Origin: a virus
Taxonomy: Duplodnaviria > Caudoviricetes
Length of the DNA: 64,000 nucleotides
Virus record (IMG/VR): IMGVR_UViG_3300020577_009596
Location: 1-64,000 of that record
Direction: 5' to 3' (one strand)
Numbering within the stretch: the stretch's first letter is position 1; every line of letters begins with the position of its first letter. Positions 47,129 to 56,092 of the stretch are shown piece by piece. The notes beneath the pieces are model-generated. The model was not told the DNA's origin and searched no databases. It saw nothing but the letters and a program-made list of their open reading frames with translations. Position numbers and translations under genes: made by a program.

Positions 47129-47800
47129 CCAGGTCCTCGGGAACAGTCCCGACAGGATCCGGCCCACGGCGTCCGCATAGCAGCGGATCTCCCACTGGGC
47201 CTTCTCGTCCATCCGCAGGGTCAGGAAGGCGAGCCAGTTCCGCAGGTTCGCCGACGCCCTCATCCGCGAGTACCGACCCATGTTGACCGCGAGGCGGGCG
47301 ACCTCCTTCGGGACGCCTCGCCTCAGCCCGCTCTGGTACGTCTCCTCTGCCCTCCGATACAAGTCCGCCAGCTCGGCCAGCCACTCGCGAGCCGACCCCT
47401 CCGTGACCGCCTCCGACCCCCTGACCGCGCCCGCCTGCCGGTTCGTCCCGTGGACGGACAGGCACCGCTCGACCGTCGGCTCGTAGTTCACGTCCGGAAT
47501 CGGCGTGTACCGCCCGCTGAGCTCGTTGTAGCTCTGCGTTCGGTGGCGGTGCCACTCGCGGAAGACGACGATCGGGGCCTGGACCTCGATCACCGCCCCG
47601 GCCATCTCGAACGGCGTCGCGTGTCGGTTCCGGTAGAGGTACTCGAGCAGGCCCGCGTCGCCCCTGGGGTGCCCCTCGTAGGGCTCCCACGACACGAATC
47701 CGGACTCAGTCGACATCCTCGCCGCCTCGATCACTCGCTCGTCGCTGCCCCAGCTCTCGACGAGCTCGACGTAGCCGTGGTCCAGAATCTGCTCCCTCAC
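47099..47800 (-). CDS. thyX: Flavin-dependent thymidylate synthase
   Basis: HATPFE, EWHRHRTQSYNELSGRY, AQWEIR. Confidence 0.95.
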   Translation of the reverse strand: MREQILDHGYVELVESWGSDERVIEAARMSTESGFVSWEPYEGHPRGDAGLLEYLYRNRHATPFEMAGAVIEVQAPIVVFREWHRHRTQSYNELSGRYTPIPDVNYEPTVERCLSVHGTNRQAGAVRGSEAVTEGSAREWLAELADLYRRAEETYQSGLRRGVPKEVARLAVNMGRYSRMRASANLRNWLAFLTLRMDEKAQWEIRCYADAVGRILSGLFPRTWSLFVANRQP

Positions 47801-48807
47801 CGCTGCCTCCTCTCGAGCCACGCTGTCGCTGCCGCACGCCAGTCGTCGGCCATGATCTGAGCAGCGAACTCTGCCGCGAGATCGGACAAACCGTCCCGCC
47901 ACGCCCGATGGGCTAGTAGCGTCGGCTGAGCCACGTCTTGTAGGAACGGCTCATCGAACCTCTCCGGCGGTAGTCTCGCGTGGGAGTAAATCTCGACGAG
48001 TCGCAGTAGCTCCTGATCGAACGTCCTCGACTCGCGAACGAGCGGGACAGTCGCAGGATACGGCTGGTTAGCTGGGCCGGTATCCTCCCACGCCAGCCAC
48101 CTCTCTGGATCGAAGTTGTTCAGGTAAACGTGCAGATTGTTCGAGACCTGCCAGTACCGACCGACTCCGATTCCAAGTTGAGCCGCAACGTACTCCTGGA
48201 GGAAGCTGAAGGTGCAGTAGTCCTCTCCCAGGGTCCCCCAGATCAAGTCGTTCGATCGGTTGAAGACTGTGGCGTCGAGCAGACCCTCGTCGTTGACCGC
48301 AAGCAGGACGCTTAGGTTACAGCACACGTCTTTAGATGAGTCGACCTTAGCCAGGTCGTTCTCAACGTCCCACATCTGAAGTACGGCGCGGCGAGATTCC
48401 GGCTTGTCGTGAAGATGTCTTACCAGGATGTTCAATTGATCGACGAAGCGGTCCTCAGTATGAGACGCCAGCGCAGTCCGCCACCGCCTGCCGTACGAGC
48501 CGTTCGACGTGACCCCGTCGTCAGAGAACGAGGCGTACCGCTTAACATAGCGAGCGGGTGCAGCGACGTCGTCGCGTCCAGCCAAGAGCCAGAGCGAGTG
48601 ATAGAGGTGAAACATGGGGTTGGCGTCTCGTTTCGCATTGAGTAAGACCCTTTCGCGAGGGTGACTGTACTCAATGATCACCGGCTCAGTGACTTGAATG
48701 ACTCTCCCTGCTCGAGAATCAGACTCTCTGGTTGGATACTCTTTTGAATAAAACCCTCTCACAACCCCACTGAATGCGTCATTGATGTTTCGGAACTTGA
48801 GATGCAC
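47797..48807 (-). CDS. Thymidylate-synthase-superfamily pyrimidine hydroxymethylase (predicted dCMP-type)
   Basis: RDANP, SDDG..YG.RW, SRRAV, KDVCCN, NRSNDLIWGTLGED, NLHVY. Confidence 0.75.
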   Translation of the reverse strand: MHLKFRNINDAFSGVVRGFYSKEYPTRESDSRAGRVIQVTEPVIIEYSHPRERVLLNAKRDANPMFHLYHSLWLLAGRDDVAAPARYVKRYASFSDDGVTSNGSYGRRWRTALASHTEDRFVDQLNILVRHLHDKPESRRAVLQMWDVENDLAKVDSSKDVCCNLSVLLAVNDEGLLDATVFNRSNDLIWGTLGEDYCTFSFLQEYVAAQLGIGVGRYWQVSNNLHVYLNNFDPERWLAWEDTGPANQPYPATVPLVRESRTFDQELLRLVEIYSHARLPPERFDEPFLQDVAQPTLLAHRAWRDGLSDLAAEFAAQIMADDWRAAATAWLERRQR

Positions 48808-49423
48808 GTTCGCTCCTCTTCTTAGCAGACTCACTGAGTTTTCGACGGTGCTCAGCCGAGCAAGCCTTACCTTTTCTAGGTGGATTTGTCACGTTCCTGA
48901 CGGCAGCTCGCTCAGCAGACTTCTTACGACACAACTCGCTAGGCTTACGCCCTCTCAACGACTCACTGATCAACTTCTTCGTCTCTTCTGAGAGTGAGGA
49001 TCCTCGGCGTATAGTATTACCCTTCATTCTCTCTGACCTACGGGATCTCTCGTCGTCCGACACTTTACGGTTCTTCGCTGCTTCGCTTATCCGACGTAGT
49101 CCGTCCTCAGTATGCATGCCTTTAAACCCGCCGACGCCGGTCGCCGTATTGAACTTCGGCTTGAGAAGAGCTATCAGCTCTCGCTCTCTAGTTTGAGCTT
49201 GTTCGTCAGTATCAAACGGTTCGATCGACCATTCGATCGCATACCTGTCAGTTTCGAGTATCGCAACGAGACCGGGCGGTCTACCAGACCATGATGACTT
49301 GCCTGTAGGACGACCGCGGTTCCCGCGACCCTTACCTACCCATAGAACGTCTTCACCGATTCGCCACACGTACACGTACGGCTGCTTAGGGTCTTCGAGA
49401 GGTCTCTTTCTAGGCGTCGGCAT
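48779..49423 (-). CDS. GIY-YIG homing endonuclease with NUMOD3 repeats
   Basis: YVY..WVGKG...E.ELI..FN; HTED/SEETKKLIS repeats. Confidence 0.8.
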   Translation of the reverse strand: MPTPRKRPLEDPKQPYVYVWRIGEDVLWVGKGRGNRGRPTGKSSWSGRPPGLVAILETDRYAIEWSIEPFDTDEQAQTRERELIALLKPKFNTATGVGGFKGMHTEDGLRRISEAAKNRKVSDDERSRRSERMKGNTIRRGSSLSEETKKLISESLRGRKPSELCRKKSAERAAVRNVTNPPRKGKACSAEHRRKLSESAKKRSERASQVPKHQ

Positions 49424-49477
49424 AGTTAAACCTCTAGCCACCTCTATAGTAACCAGAAAGTTTAACTGAAACCAATT

Positions 49478-51577
49478 TTATAGCTTGAGTCTCCGGTGCT
49501 CGTCTCGGTCCCAGCTCGTCGGGCAGTACCCGACCGACACACGCAGCGGGACCCCGACGTCCTCGCCGCTCCGCTCCATGAGACGCTGGAGGCGGCGGGC
49601 CTTGGGAAGGTTCCGACGACCGCCCGCGGGCATCTGGAAGACGATCTCGTCGTGGACCTGGAGCGCGATCGTCGCGTCGAACCCGTCCCGACGCCACTCG
49701 CTCAGCTGCTCCTCGCAGCGGATCATGGCCTTGCTCGTACACCACATCGCGGTGGACTGGACGTGGTAGTTCAGGGGGAGCGTAGGGCTTATCCTACCCC
49801 ACTCCGACCGCGAGCACATCACGGGGTAGCCCCTGGCGGACCCGATCGACCGGTCGGGGATCGTCTCGACGTACCCGTGCCGGTTGGCGAACGAGACCCA
49901 CCGGTCCATCAGGGCGAACAGCTTGGTCAGTCGTCCGCGGATCAGGCCGTACGCTCCCGGCTTGTGGGCGGTGGTGTCGAACTTCTTCTCCATGCAGCCG
50001 TAAATCAGGGCGAACCCGGCGTTCTTACACCACTTGTACCAGGTCGACTCGTACCGTCGCTTGAACTCCCCGCGCTGGTCGGCCAGCGGCCAGAACAGGT
50101 CGGGATACATCGCGCTCGCGTTGAGCAGGTGGTACGAGCCGAAGTACGGCGGGTCGTCGGGCCGCTCGAACAGCTCGATCATCGCCTCCTCCTCCGACTC
50201 GTAGCCGGGGATCCGGAGCTCGATGTTCTCGTAGTCCATCGGCCACCACTCGTATCCCGGCGGCGGCCCGAACCCGTAGCGGAGGTTGAACCCCTCCTTC
50301 TTGCTGATGTTCTGCTCGTTCGGGTTCGAGCTGCTGAACCGCAGCGTACCCGTCCCGGTCGCGTTCAGGTTTGGATTGAGACGACAGGTATCCCCGTCGT
50401 TGAGAGGAACCCAGAACCGCCGGTACCCTTCCATGTACTGGACGGCCGTGTCCCGGCTCCGCTTGTCTCCTATTGCCTTTACGAAGTCGAGCTGCGGTCC
50501 TTCAGTCAGAGTCTCGACATAGGTCTGCATAGCCTCCTTGTTCAGGCTCGGCGACCCGCTGTCGGTCCTCGCCGCGATCGGGAGGGCGAGGTACTGCCGA
50601 CCCTTCCCGAGCGTACCGGGGACCTTCTTCCCCCGCTCGTCCCGCAGCGAGTCGCCGAAGCAGAAGTGGAGGAGACTGTCGTTGTTGCCGGACTTCGGGA
50701 GGTCGAGGTCGTACCCGAGCGAGGCCGCGATCTCCCGGCAGCGGTCACCCAGGTCGGCCCCCTCCCGCGAGTACCGGACGACCATCTCCTCGAGACGGCT
50801 CCGGCTCAGCGTGACGCCCCGCCGCTCCATCCCGAACACGACCGGTAGCAGCCTCCGCCGCTCCTGATAGATCTCCCAGAGGCCCCGCTCCCTCAGCCTC
50901 CGCTCCATGACCGGCCAGAGCATGACCGTCGACTCGGAGTCCTCGTTCGCGTACTGGGCCGTCACCGTCCGGTACGGGTGGTCCATCGGCAGCTTGTGGC
51001 GGTTCGCGTAGGCACGGGGCAGCCAGGTGTCCAGCTTCCACGGGCTCTCGTCCTCGCCGCCCTTCGCCCGCTTGGCCTTGTTCGCCTTGCAGGAGGGCAT
51101 GTCGGCCCGGCCCTCCTTGGCGAGAGCCCAGGTCGGGTGCTCCCGGCGGACCCTCCCCCGGACCTCGACGACGACGTCCCGCATCCGCTTCTCGGACGGC
51201 TCTATGTCGATCCCGAGATAAAACAGGACCATATCGGTCAAATTGTGAGGTTGATTACTAGCTAACAGATGTCCAGCTAGTAAGGTGTCCTCTACCTTCT
51301 CCCAATATGTGTCTATGTTAACCAGATCCCACAACCCTATCGAGTCGAGAGCGTGAGTATCGAAGCCGATGTTTTGACCTACGATTCGTTCTTGCTTTGT
51401 CAGCAAATCAGCAATCTTGACTAGGTCTTCTTGAGGGATATTCGGGGTTCGGGTGATCGGATTTACCGGCCAATCCCAAAACACAGGGTCTTTACCGTAC
51501 TCACATGTCGTCACGAGGAACGGCCTCGCCCCATGCCTCCAGTCAGACCCCGTAGTTTCACAGTCCAAAGCCATCAT
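49478..51577 (-). CDS. DNA polymerase family A with 3'-5' exonuclease
   Basis: LDCETTG, QNIGFD, TGTLRFSSSNPNEQN, DYENIELR, KNAGFALIYG, VHDEI. Confidence 0.95.
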   Translation of the reverse strand: MMALDCETTGSDWRHGARPFLVTTCEYGKDPVFWDWPVNPITRTPNIPQEDLVKIADLLTKQERIVGQNIGFDTHALDSIGLWDLVNIDTYWEKVEDTLLAGHLLASNQPHNLTDMVLFYLGIDIEPSEKRMRDVVVEVRGRVRREHPTWALAKEGRADMPSCKANKAKRAKGGEDESPWKLDTWLPRAYANRHKLPMDHPYRTVTAQYANEDSESTVMLWPVMERRLRERGLWEIYQERRRLLPVVFGMERRGVTLSRSRLEEMVVRYSREGADLGDRCREIAASLGYDLDLPKSGNNDSLLHFCFGDSLRDERGKKVPGTLGKGRQYLALPIAARTDSGSPSLNKEAMQTYVETLTEGPQLDFVKAIGDKRSRDTAVQYMEGYRRFWVPLNDGDTCRLNPNLNATGTGTLRFSSSNPNEQNISKKEGFNLRYGFGPPPGYEWWPMDYENIELRIPGYESEEEAMIELFERPDDPPYFGSYHLLNASAMYPDLFWPLADQRGEFKRRYESTWYKWCKNAGFALIYGCMEKKFDTTAHKPGAYGLIRGRLTKLFALMDRWVSFANRHGYVETIPDRSIGSARGYPVMCSRSEWGRISPTLPLNYHVQSTAMWCTSKAMIRCEEQLSEWRRDGFDATIALQVHDEIVFQMPAGGRRNLPKARRLQRLMERSGEDVGVPLRVSVGYCPTSWDRDEHRRLKL

Positions 51578-52116
51578 AGAAGATTCCTCCAAGTCCTTTT
51601 CTTGACAGCGTCTGCTAAAGCATGTTCAGAGACTTTGGGCTTAGTTACGGCGTAGATACGCGAAATAGACCATCCTTTCGAGTACAAGAATCTAGCTATT
51701 TTGACTTGTTCCTCGGTCATCCTCGCGTTGCCGTTCGCCGCCCCAGGACAAGGAGTACCCGTACCGGCTCTACTTTGACGTCCCTTTGACACCATGTCGT
51801 CAGAATTATCTTGGACCGTACCTTGGAATAAGTGATCCGGTCTCACGCAGCGGGGGGTGTCGCATTTATGAAGAACGAACAGCCCCGACTTGATGACATT
51901 CCCGGTTAGTTCGTAGGCTATCCTATGTGCTTTCTTTTCCCTGAAATGTCCGTAGCCGTTGACGGTGGCTGCGATCCACACCCAGCACTTACCGTGAACC
52001 GGATGGATTGGACCGTTCTCCTTATCTACTCTCATCCAGAACAGTCGCTCAACGTCAGTACCGCGATTGTTGGAGTGCTTCGAGAACTCTCCACGAACGT
52101 AGACACCCTTCGGCAT
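51574..52116 (-). CDS. HNH homing endonuclease
   Basis: CWVW..GYG..KAHR..LHKCDTPRCVRPDHL..DN. Confidence 0.9.
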   Translation of the reverse strand: MPKGVYVRGEFSKHSNNRGTDVERLFWMRVDKENGPIHPVHGKCWVWIAATVNGYGHFREKKAHRIAYELTGNVIKSGLFVLHKCDTPRCVRPDHLFQGTVQDNSDDMVSKGRQSRAGTGTPCPGAANGNARMTEEQVKIARFLYSKGWSISRIYAVTKPKVSEHALADAVKKRTWRNLL

Positions 52117-52205
52117 GACTCCGCTCCTTCAGCGGTCCTTAAGAGTTGGTGACGGCAGGCGAGTAAGGTTCTCGCTCTTCGACTGGCCGGTCTAGCCGTC
52201 ACCAA
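52117..52205 (-). ncRNA. Candidate three-way-junction RNA plus RBS hairpin (copy 2)
   Basis: P1 UUGGUGACGGC/GCCGUCACCAA, UA-GAC..GUC-GAA-GA-GCGAG..CUCGC-CU. Confidence 0.65.
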
Positions 52206-52221
52206 TATCATAGCGTACTCG

Positions 52222-52398
52222 TCACGCCTTGCCCTCGAGATTCCGCTCTCCGGTCCCGCCGCACCTCTTGCACTTCGTATTGTTCGGCGTCCGCCCCAGC
52301 CCGTCGCAGGTCGGGCACGGCCAGAGCGGGAGCTTCCTCTCGGCCTCGGGCTTCGGCTCGGGGGACGGCTTGGGAGGGAAGTGACGGAACGGGGGCAT
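52222..52398 (-). CDS. Small DnaJ-type zinc-finger protein
   Basis: MPPFRHF...CPTCDGLG...CKRCGGTG. Confidence 0.6.
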   Translation of the reverse strand: MPPFRHFPPKPSPEPKPEAERKLPLWPCPTCDGLGRTPNNTKCKRCGGTGERNLEGKA

Positions 52399-52555
52399 AG
52401 CGTACCCGACGTGAGTTGAGAGGCGTCTGACGCAGGCTGGTAAGTACTTTCGAGGTCTAGAACTCCCGCCAGTTCCTGCGTCAGACATGGGTAGGGCGTC
52501 CGTGCCCCGAGGACTCCTGTCAGCCGTCCGTGAACGTGTGAGCCATCGCCCGGAT

Positions 52556-53689
52556 TCACGCCGGGACCGACAGCTCGCTGAACTTGATGCCCTTCACGAC
52601 CGCCTTGGTGTCCGACCGCTTGGCCGTCACCGTCTCCGTCTTGGCGTCGACGCCGGTGATCTCGACCTCGACGGCCTTCTTCAACGGCTTCTTGGTCTTG
52701 GGGTCGACCGGGAACCACTCGTACACGTCGCCCTTCGCCGGGACCGGGGGAGCCTCCTCCGCGGCCTCCCCGCCACCCTCTCCGGACTGCCGGGCCTCGA
52801 TCAGGTCGGCCGCCGCCCCGAAGTTGGGGGTCGCGCCCCACTCCTCCTCGCTGATGCCGAGGGCGAGGGCGATGTCCTGGAGCTTCTGGACCGCGCCGTC
52901 ATCGCCGTTCTCGGCCATCGTCGCCAGCTCGCGGACGTCGTCGGGCAGCTCGGCCGCCTCGGGCTCGGGGGCGGGTGCCGGAGCGGGCTTGGACGCCGGA
53001 GGCTTCGCGGGGGACTTCGCCGCCGGGGGCGGAGCGGGCTTGGTCGGAGGGGCCTTGCCGGTGTCGTCGGTCGTGCCGGGGGTCGGACCCTCGGGCGGCG
53101 GCTCGTACCCCTCCATCCCGCGGGTGCCGTACCAGTTCTCCCAGACGCGGGGGTTCGGGTACTGGGGCGTCGGCTCGCTCTGGCTCGTCTCGAACTTGAA
53201 GTGCGGGGCCGCTTCCTGCAGCATCGCCGCGATCCCCTCCAGGGCCGCAGCCCCCTGCTCGAACTCCGAGTTGGGGACGCCGAACCGCTTCATCTCGTTC
53301 TCGATCCGCTCGATGTTGGCCTCCATCGAGGTGATCTCGCCCTTGGCGTTCTTCGTGTCGATCACCGGGATCATGATCGAGGTCTGGAGCCCCTTGACCG
53401 TGATCTTGCGTCCGTCCTTGTCGACGATGTGGTCGGGCTCGACCACCACCCCGACCGCCCGGAAGTAGTACTCGCCGACGGCCGAGGAGCCGTCGACCTT
53501 CTTCATGTTCGAGCCCTCCTTGTAGGTCTCGAACGCCATCGTCACCAGCCGGGCCACGCCGTTCTTGATCCCGCCGGGGATCTGCTGGAAGCCGTACGAC
53601 ACCTCCTTCCCGCTGGCCTGCTTCGCCGCCGCGTCGAGCCGCGAGCCGTACTTCTTGAACAGTCCACCGCCGCCGGTCTGCGTCGCCAT
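52556..53689 (-). CDS. Putative ssDNA-binding/replication protein
   Basis: Position between AAA ATPase and PolA; OB-like N-terminus, Pro/Ala linker, acidic region. Confidence 0.5.
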   Translation of the reverse strand: MATQTGGGGLFKKYGSRLDAAAKQASGKEVSYGFQQIPGGIKNGVARLVTMAFETYKEGSNMKKVDGSSAVGEYYFRAVGVVVEPDHIVDKDGRKITVKGLQTSIMIPVIDTKNAKGEITSMEANIERIENEMKRFGVPNSEFEQGAAALEGIAAMLQEAAPHFKFETSQSEPTPQYPNPRVWENWYGTRGMEGYEPPPEGPTPGTTDDTGKAPPTKPAPPPAAKSPAKPPASKPAPAPAPEPEAAELPDDVRELATMAENGDDGAVQKLQDIALALGISEEEWGATPNFGAAADLIEARQSGEGGGEAAEEAPPVPAKGDVYEWFPVDPKTKKPLKKAVEVEITGVDAKTETVTAKRSDTKAVVKGIKFSELSVPA

Positions 53690-53746
53690 TCGTCGCCTCC
53701 TCACTCAGGTGATTGGATAGATAGTTATACCGTTACCCCGGCCCCG

Positions 53747-53992
53747 TCAGCTCGGGGTGAGGTTGACGATCTTGCGGATCTCGTAGCCGTACTCCCTCAT
53801 CTCCTCCTCGTCGTACAGCCCGACGGCCGTCGGCGAGTAGTCTCCGTCCTTCTTGAGCACCGCCTCGGTCGCCTCGACCCGACCCACCGCCTTGCCAACG
53901 GCAAGGCCGTTGCGGTCCGCGTTGAGGACGACCGTCGCCTCCGGGGGGAGCGTCCGGAGACGCTCGATCAGCTCGATGACGGTCACGGTCAC
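53747..53992 (-). CDS. Hypothetical (MTV.ELIE.L..LPPE family)
   Basis: Same N-terminal motif as 55495..55875. Confidence 0.6.
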   Translation of the reverse strand: MTVTVIELIERLRTLPPEATVVLNADRNGLAVGKAVGRVEATEAVLKKDGDYSPTAVGLYDEEEMREYGYEIRKIVNLTPS

Positions 53993-54084
53993 TCCCCGTA
54001 CACGAGGCCCTTGATCTTGTCGTACGACGGGTCCTCGACGTACTCCGGCAGCTCGCTCCCCTTGGGGATCCGGAACTTCGTCAG
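53989..54084 (-). pseudogene. Stranded original 3' end of the AAA ATPase gene
   Basis: [31 protein letters not shown] versus current LTKFRLPKGIELPEYLEDPSYEKVMNLVTG*. Confidence 0.9.
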
Positions 54085-54623
54085 TCCTTGACATGCTTCC
54101 ACTGCTTCCTCTTACCAATATTGGCAACTTGAACTCGAGATATCCCGAACTTCTCAGCTAGCTTCTCAGCGGTTCCCGGTTTGTTAGGAGCCTTTCCAAC
54201 TCTGAAGTGCTTACGAATGTACCTGACATCGTCTTCCGTAAGCCTAGCCAGATTGTGTTCAATTCCCTTCTTACCGCGAGATCCGTAGTTGAATCTTCCT
54301 TTCTTGATACAGTCGTGAATATTGTCTCGGTAGGTCCCTAGAAATAAATGCTTGGGATTAACGCAGGCCGGATTATCACAGGTATGACATACGAGCAGCT
54401 TCCTGCTTCGGCTCCGGTCTTCCAGCTCTGGTCGAGTTCCGTAATGAAGTATCCAGCTGTAGACCGGAGCGTAATAGACCCTTTTGTTAACCGAAATGTA
54501 TCCTCTTTTGTTGGTGGCTTCGGTCGGCTTCCACCACCAACAACCTTTGGTTTTCCTCACTCGAGCCCAGAATCGAACTTCTGGAGGAACTGTCTTGTCG
54601 TGGTCCTTGAAAGTAATCTTCAT
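54081..54623 (-). CDS. HNH homing endonuclease
   Basis: [32 protein letters not shown]. Confidence 0.9.
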   Translation of the reverse strand: MKITFKDHDKTVPPEVRFWARVRKTKGCWWWKPTEATNKRGYISVNKRVYYAPVYSWILHYGTRPELEDRSRSRKLLVCHTCDNPACVNPKHLFLGTYRDNIHDCIKKGRFNYGSRGKKGIEHNLARLTEDDVRYIRKHFRVGKAPNKPGTAEKLAEKFGISRVQVANIGKRKQWKHVKD

Positions 54624-54671
54624 CCCTAGCCTCCTTTTAAGACGCTACGATGAAGTTTACTATAAACTTCG

Positions 54672-55541
54672 TCACCCAGTTACGAGATTCATTACCTTTT
54701 CGTATGAAGGGTCTTCGAGATACTCAGGTAACTCGATCCCTTTTGGAAGCCTGAATTTCGTCAGGAAGGTGTCGTGCGGGGCGGTCCGGAGACAGTACAC
54801 CACGCCGGGCACCCGCTCCTGCGACCGCATCTCCTTACCCCCGATCGTCCGGACCCGCTCCTCCGTCCGACCCTTCTTGAACATCTGGACCACGAAGTCG
54901 CACGCCGGGGCGAGCCACCCCGCGACGGACGGGCTCAGTGCCGCGCCGACCGTCGGCCGGAGCAGGTCCGGGTCGCCGCCGTCCTCCCGGCCTCCGAACG
55001 TCCGCTGCTGGGCGACGATCACGACGTTCGCGTCGAGGTTGAGGAGGGCGCGGAACAGGGTCTTGAGCTGCAACGCCTGCTGGCCGTACTGCTGCTGGCT
55101 CGCCATCCCCCAGCCCTTCTGGGCCGGGATCTCGTCGAGTCCGAGGATCTCCTTCAGGGCGTCGTCGGCCAGCCCGCTGGCGTGGTCGAGCACGACCGTC
55201 TGGAACTTGCCCGTCTGCCGGACGTGCTCGCACAGCTCCTTGACCTCGTTCGTCTGCCGGAGGACGACCTTCGTGATCTTCCCCCGCTCGGAGTGGGGGA
55301 CCGACTGGAGCTCGCCGGGACGCATGCTCCCGCTGCTCACGATCCACAGCACTGGGCCGGGGAACGTCGAGGCGAACACGGTCTTGCCGCTTCCGCTCTC
55401 GCCGTACACCAGCATCTTCATCGGGCCGACCGAGTCCTCGACGGGCTCGAGACGGCTGAGCACCGGGCCGTCCATCGACGGTCGCGGGCGGGTCTCAGTC
55501 TTGGTCACGACCGGGGCCGTGGCCCTCTTCAGCGGGGGCAT
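54672..55541 (-). CDS. AAA_24/Sak4-like ATPase
   Basis: LVYGESGSGKT, TVVLD, VVIVA. Confidence 0.8.
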   Translation of the reverse strand: MPPLKRATAPVVTKTETRPRPSMDGPVLSRLEPVEDSVGPMKMLVYGESGSGKTVFASTFPGPVLWIVSSGSMRPGELQSVPHSERGKITKVVLRQTNEVKELCEHVRQTGKFQTVVLDHASGLADDALKEILGLDEIPAQKGWGMASQQQYGQQALQLKTLFRALLNLDANVVIVAQQRTFGGREDGGDPDLLRPTVGAALSPSVAGWLAPACDFVVQMFKKGRTEERVRTIGGKEMRSQERVPGVVYCLRTAPHDTFLTKFRLPKGIELPEYLEDPSYEKVMNLVTG

Positions 55542-55875
55542 TCAGCTCCTCCTTGGGTTCTGGGTCCTTGTGGGCTCGGATCATCATCGGCCGCCAGTTC
55601 TGACAGCCACAGGACTCGGAGTAGACCTGCAGCTTCTCCTTGCCGCAGTACTGGCACCGCCACATGACGGGCTTCGGCTCTGCGGCCCTCTGGGCGGGCG
55701 TCGGCTCGACCTCGTACTCGCTATCTCCAATACGCAGCTCGACGTGCTCGACGCCGTTCCACTCTTTGACGACGTCCACCTGAGGAGTCCATAGTCCCCA
55801 CTCACAGTCGTCAACCGCTACTCCCATCTCAGGCGGTAGGGTCTTCAGCTTCTCGATCAGCTCTGCTACGGTCAT
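55495..55875 (-). CDS. Hypothetical protein with Zn-ribbon
   Basis: MTVAELIEKLKTLPPE; CQYC..CGC. Confidence 0.6.
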   Translation of the reverse strand: MTVAELIEKLKTLPPEMGVAVDDCEWGLWTPQVDVVKEWNGVEHVELRIGDSEYEVEPTPAQRAAEPKPVMWRCQYCGKEKLQVYSESCGCQNWRPMMIRAHKDPEPKEELNAPAEEGHGPGRDQD

Positions 55876-56092
55876 CTTCGACCTCCGGGTTAGGGTTGCT
55901 TCGGCTTGGGTGGAATCAGTCCGTCCTCGGACAGCTTCTTGTGGAGCCAGTAGTACAGGCCGACCAGCTCGTCCTCTCCGAGGATCATCTCGAGGTGGTC
56001 GTCCGAGTCGTACAGGGTCGCGTCGGCGAACCCGCCGCCCTCGGCCTGAGACGTGAACGACCCTCTCAGGTCGCCTCCGATCACCTCGTAGG

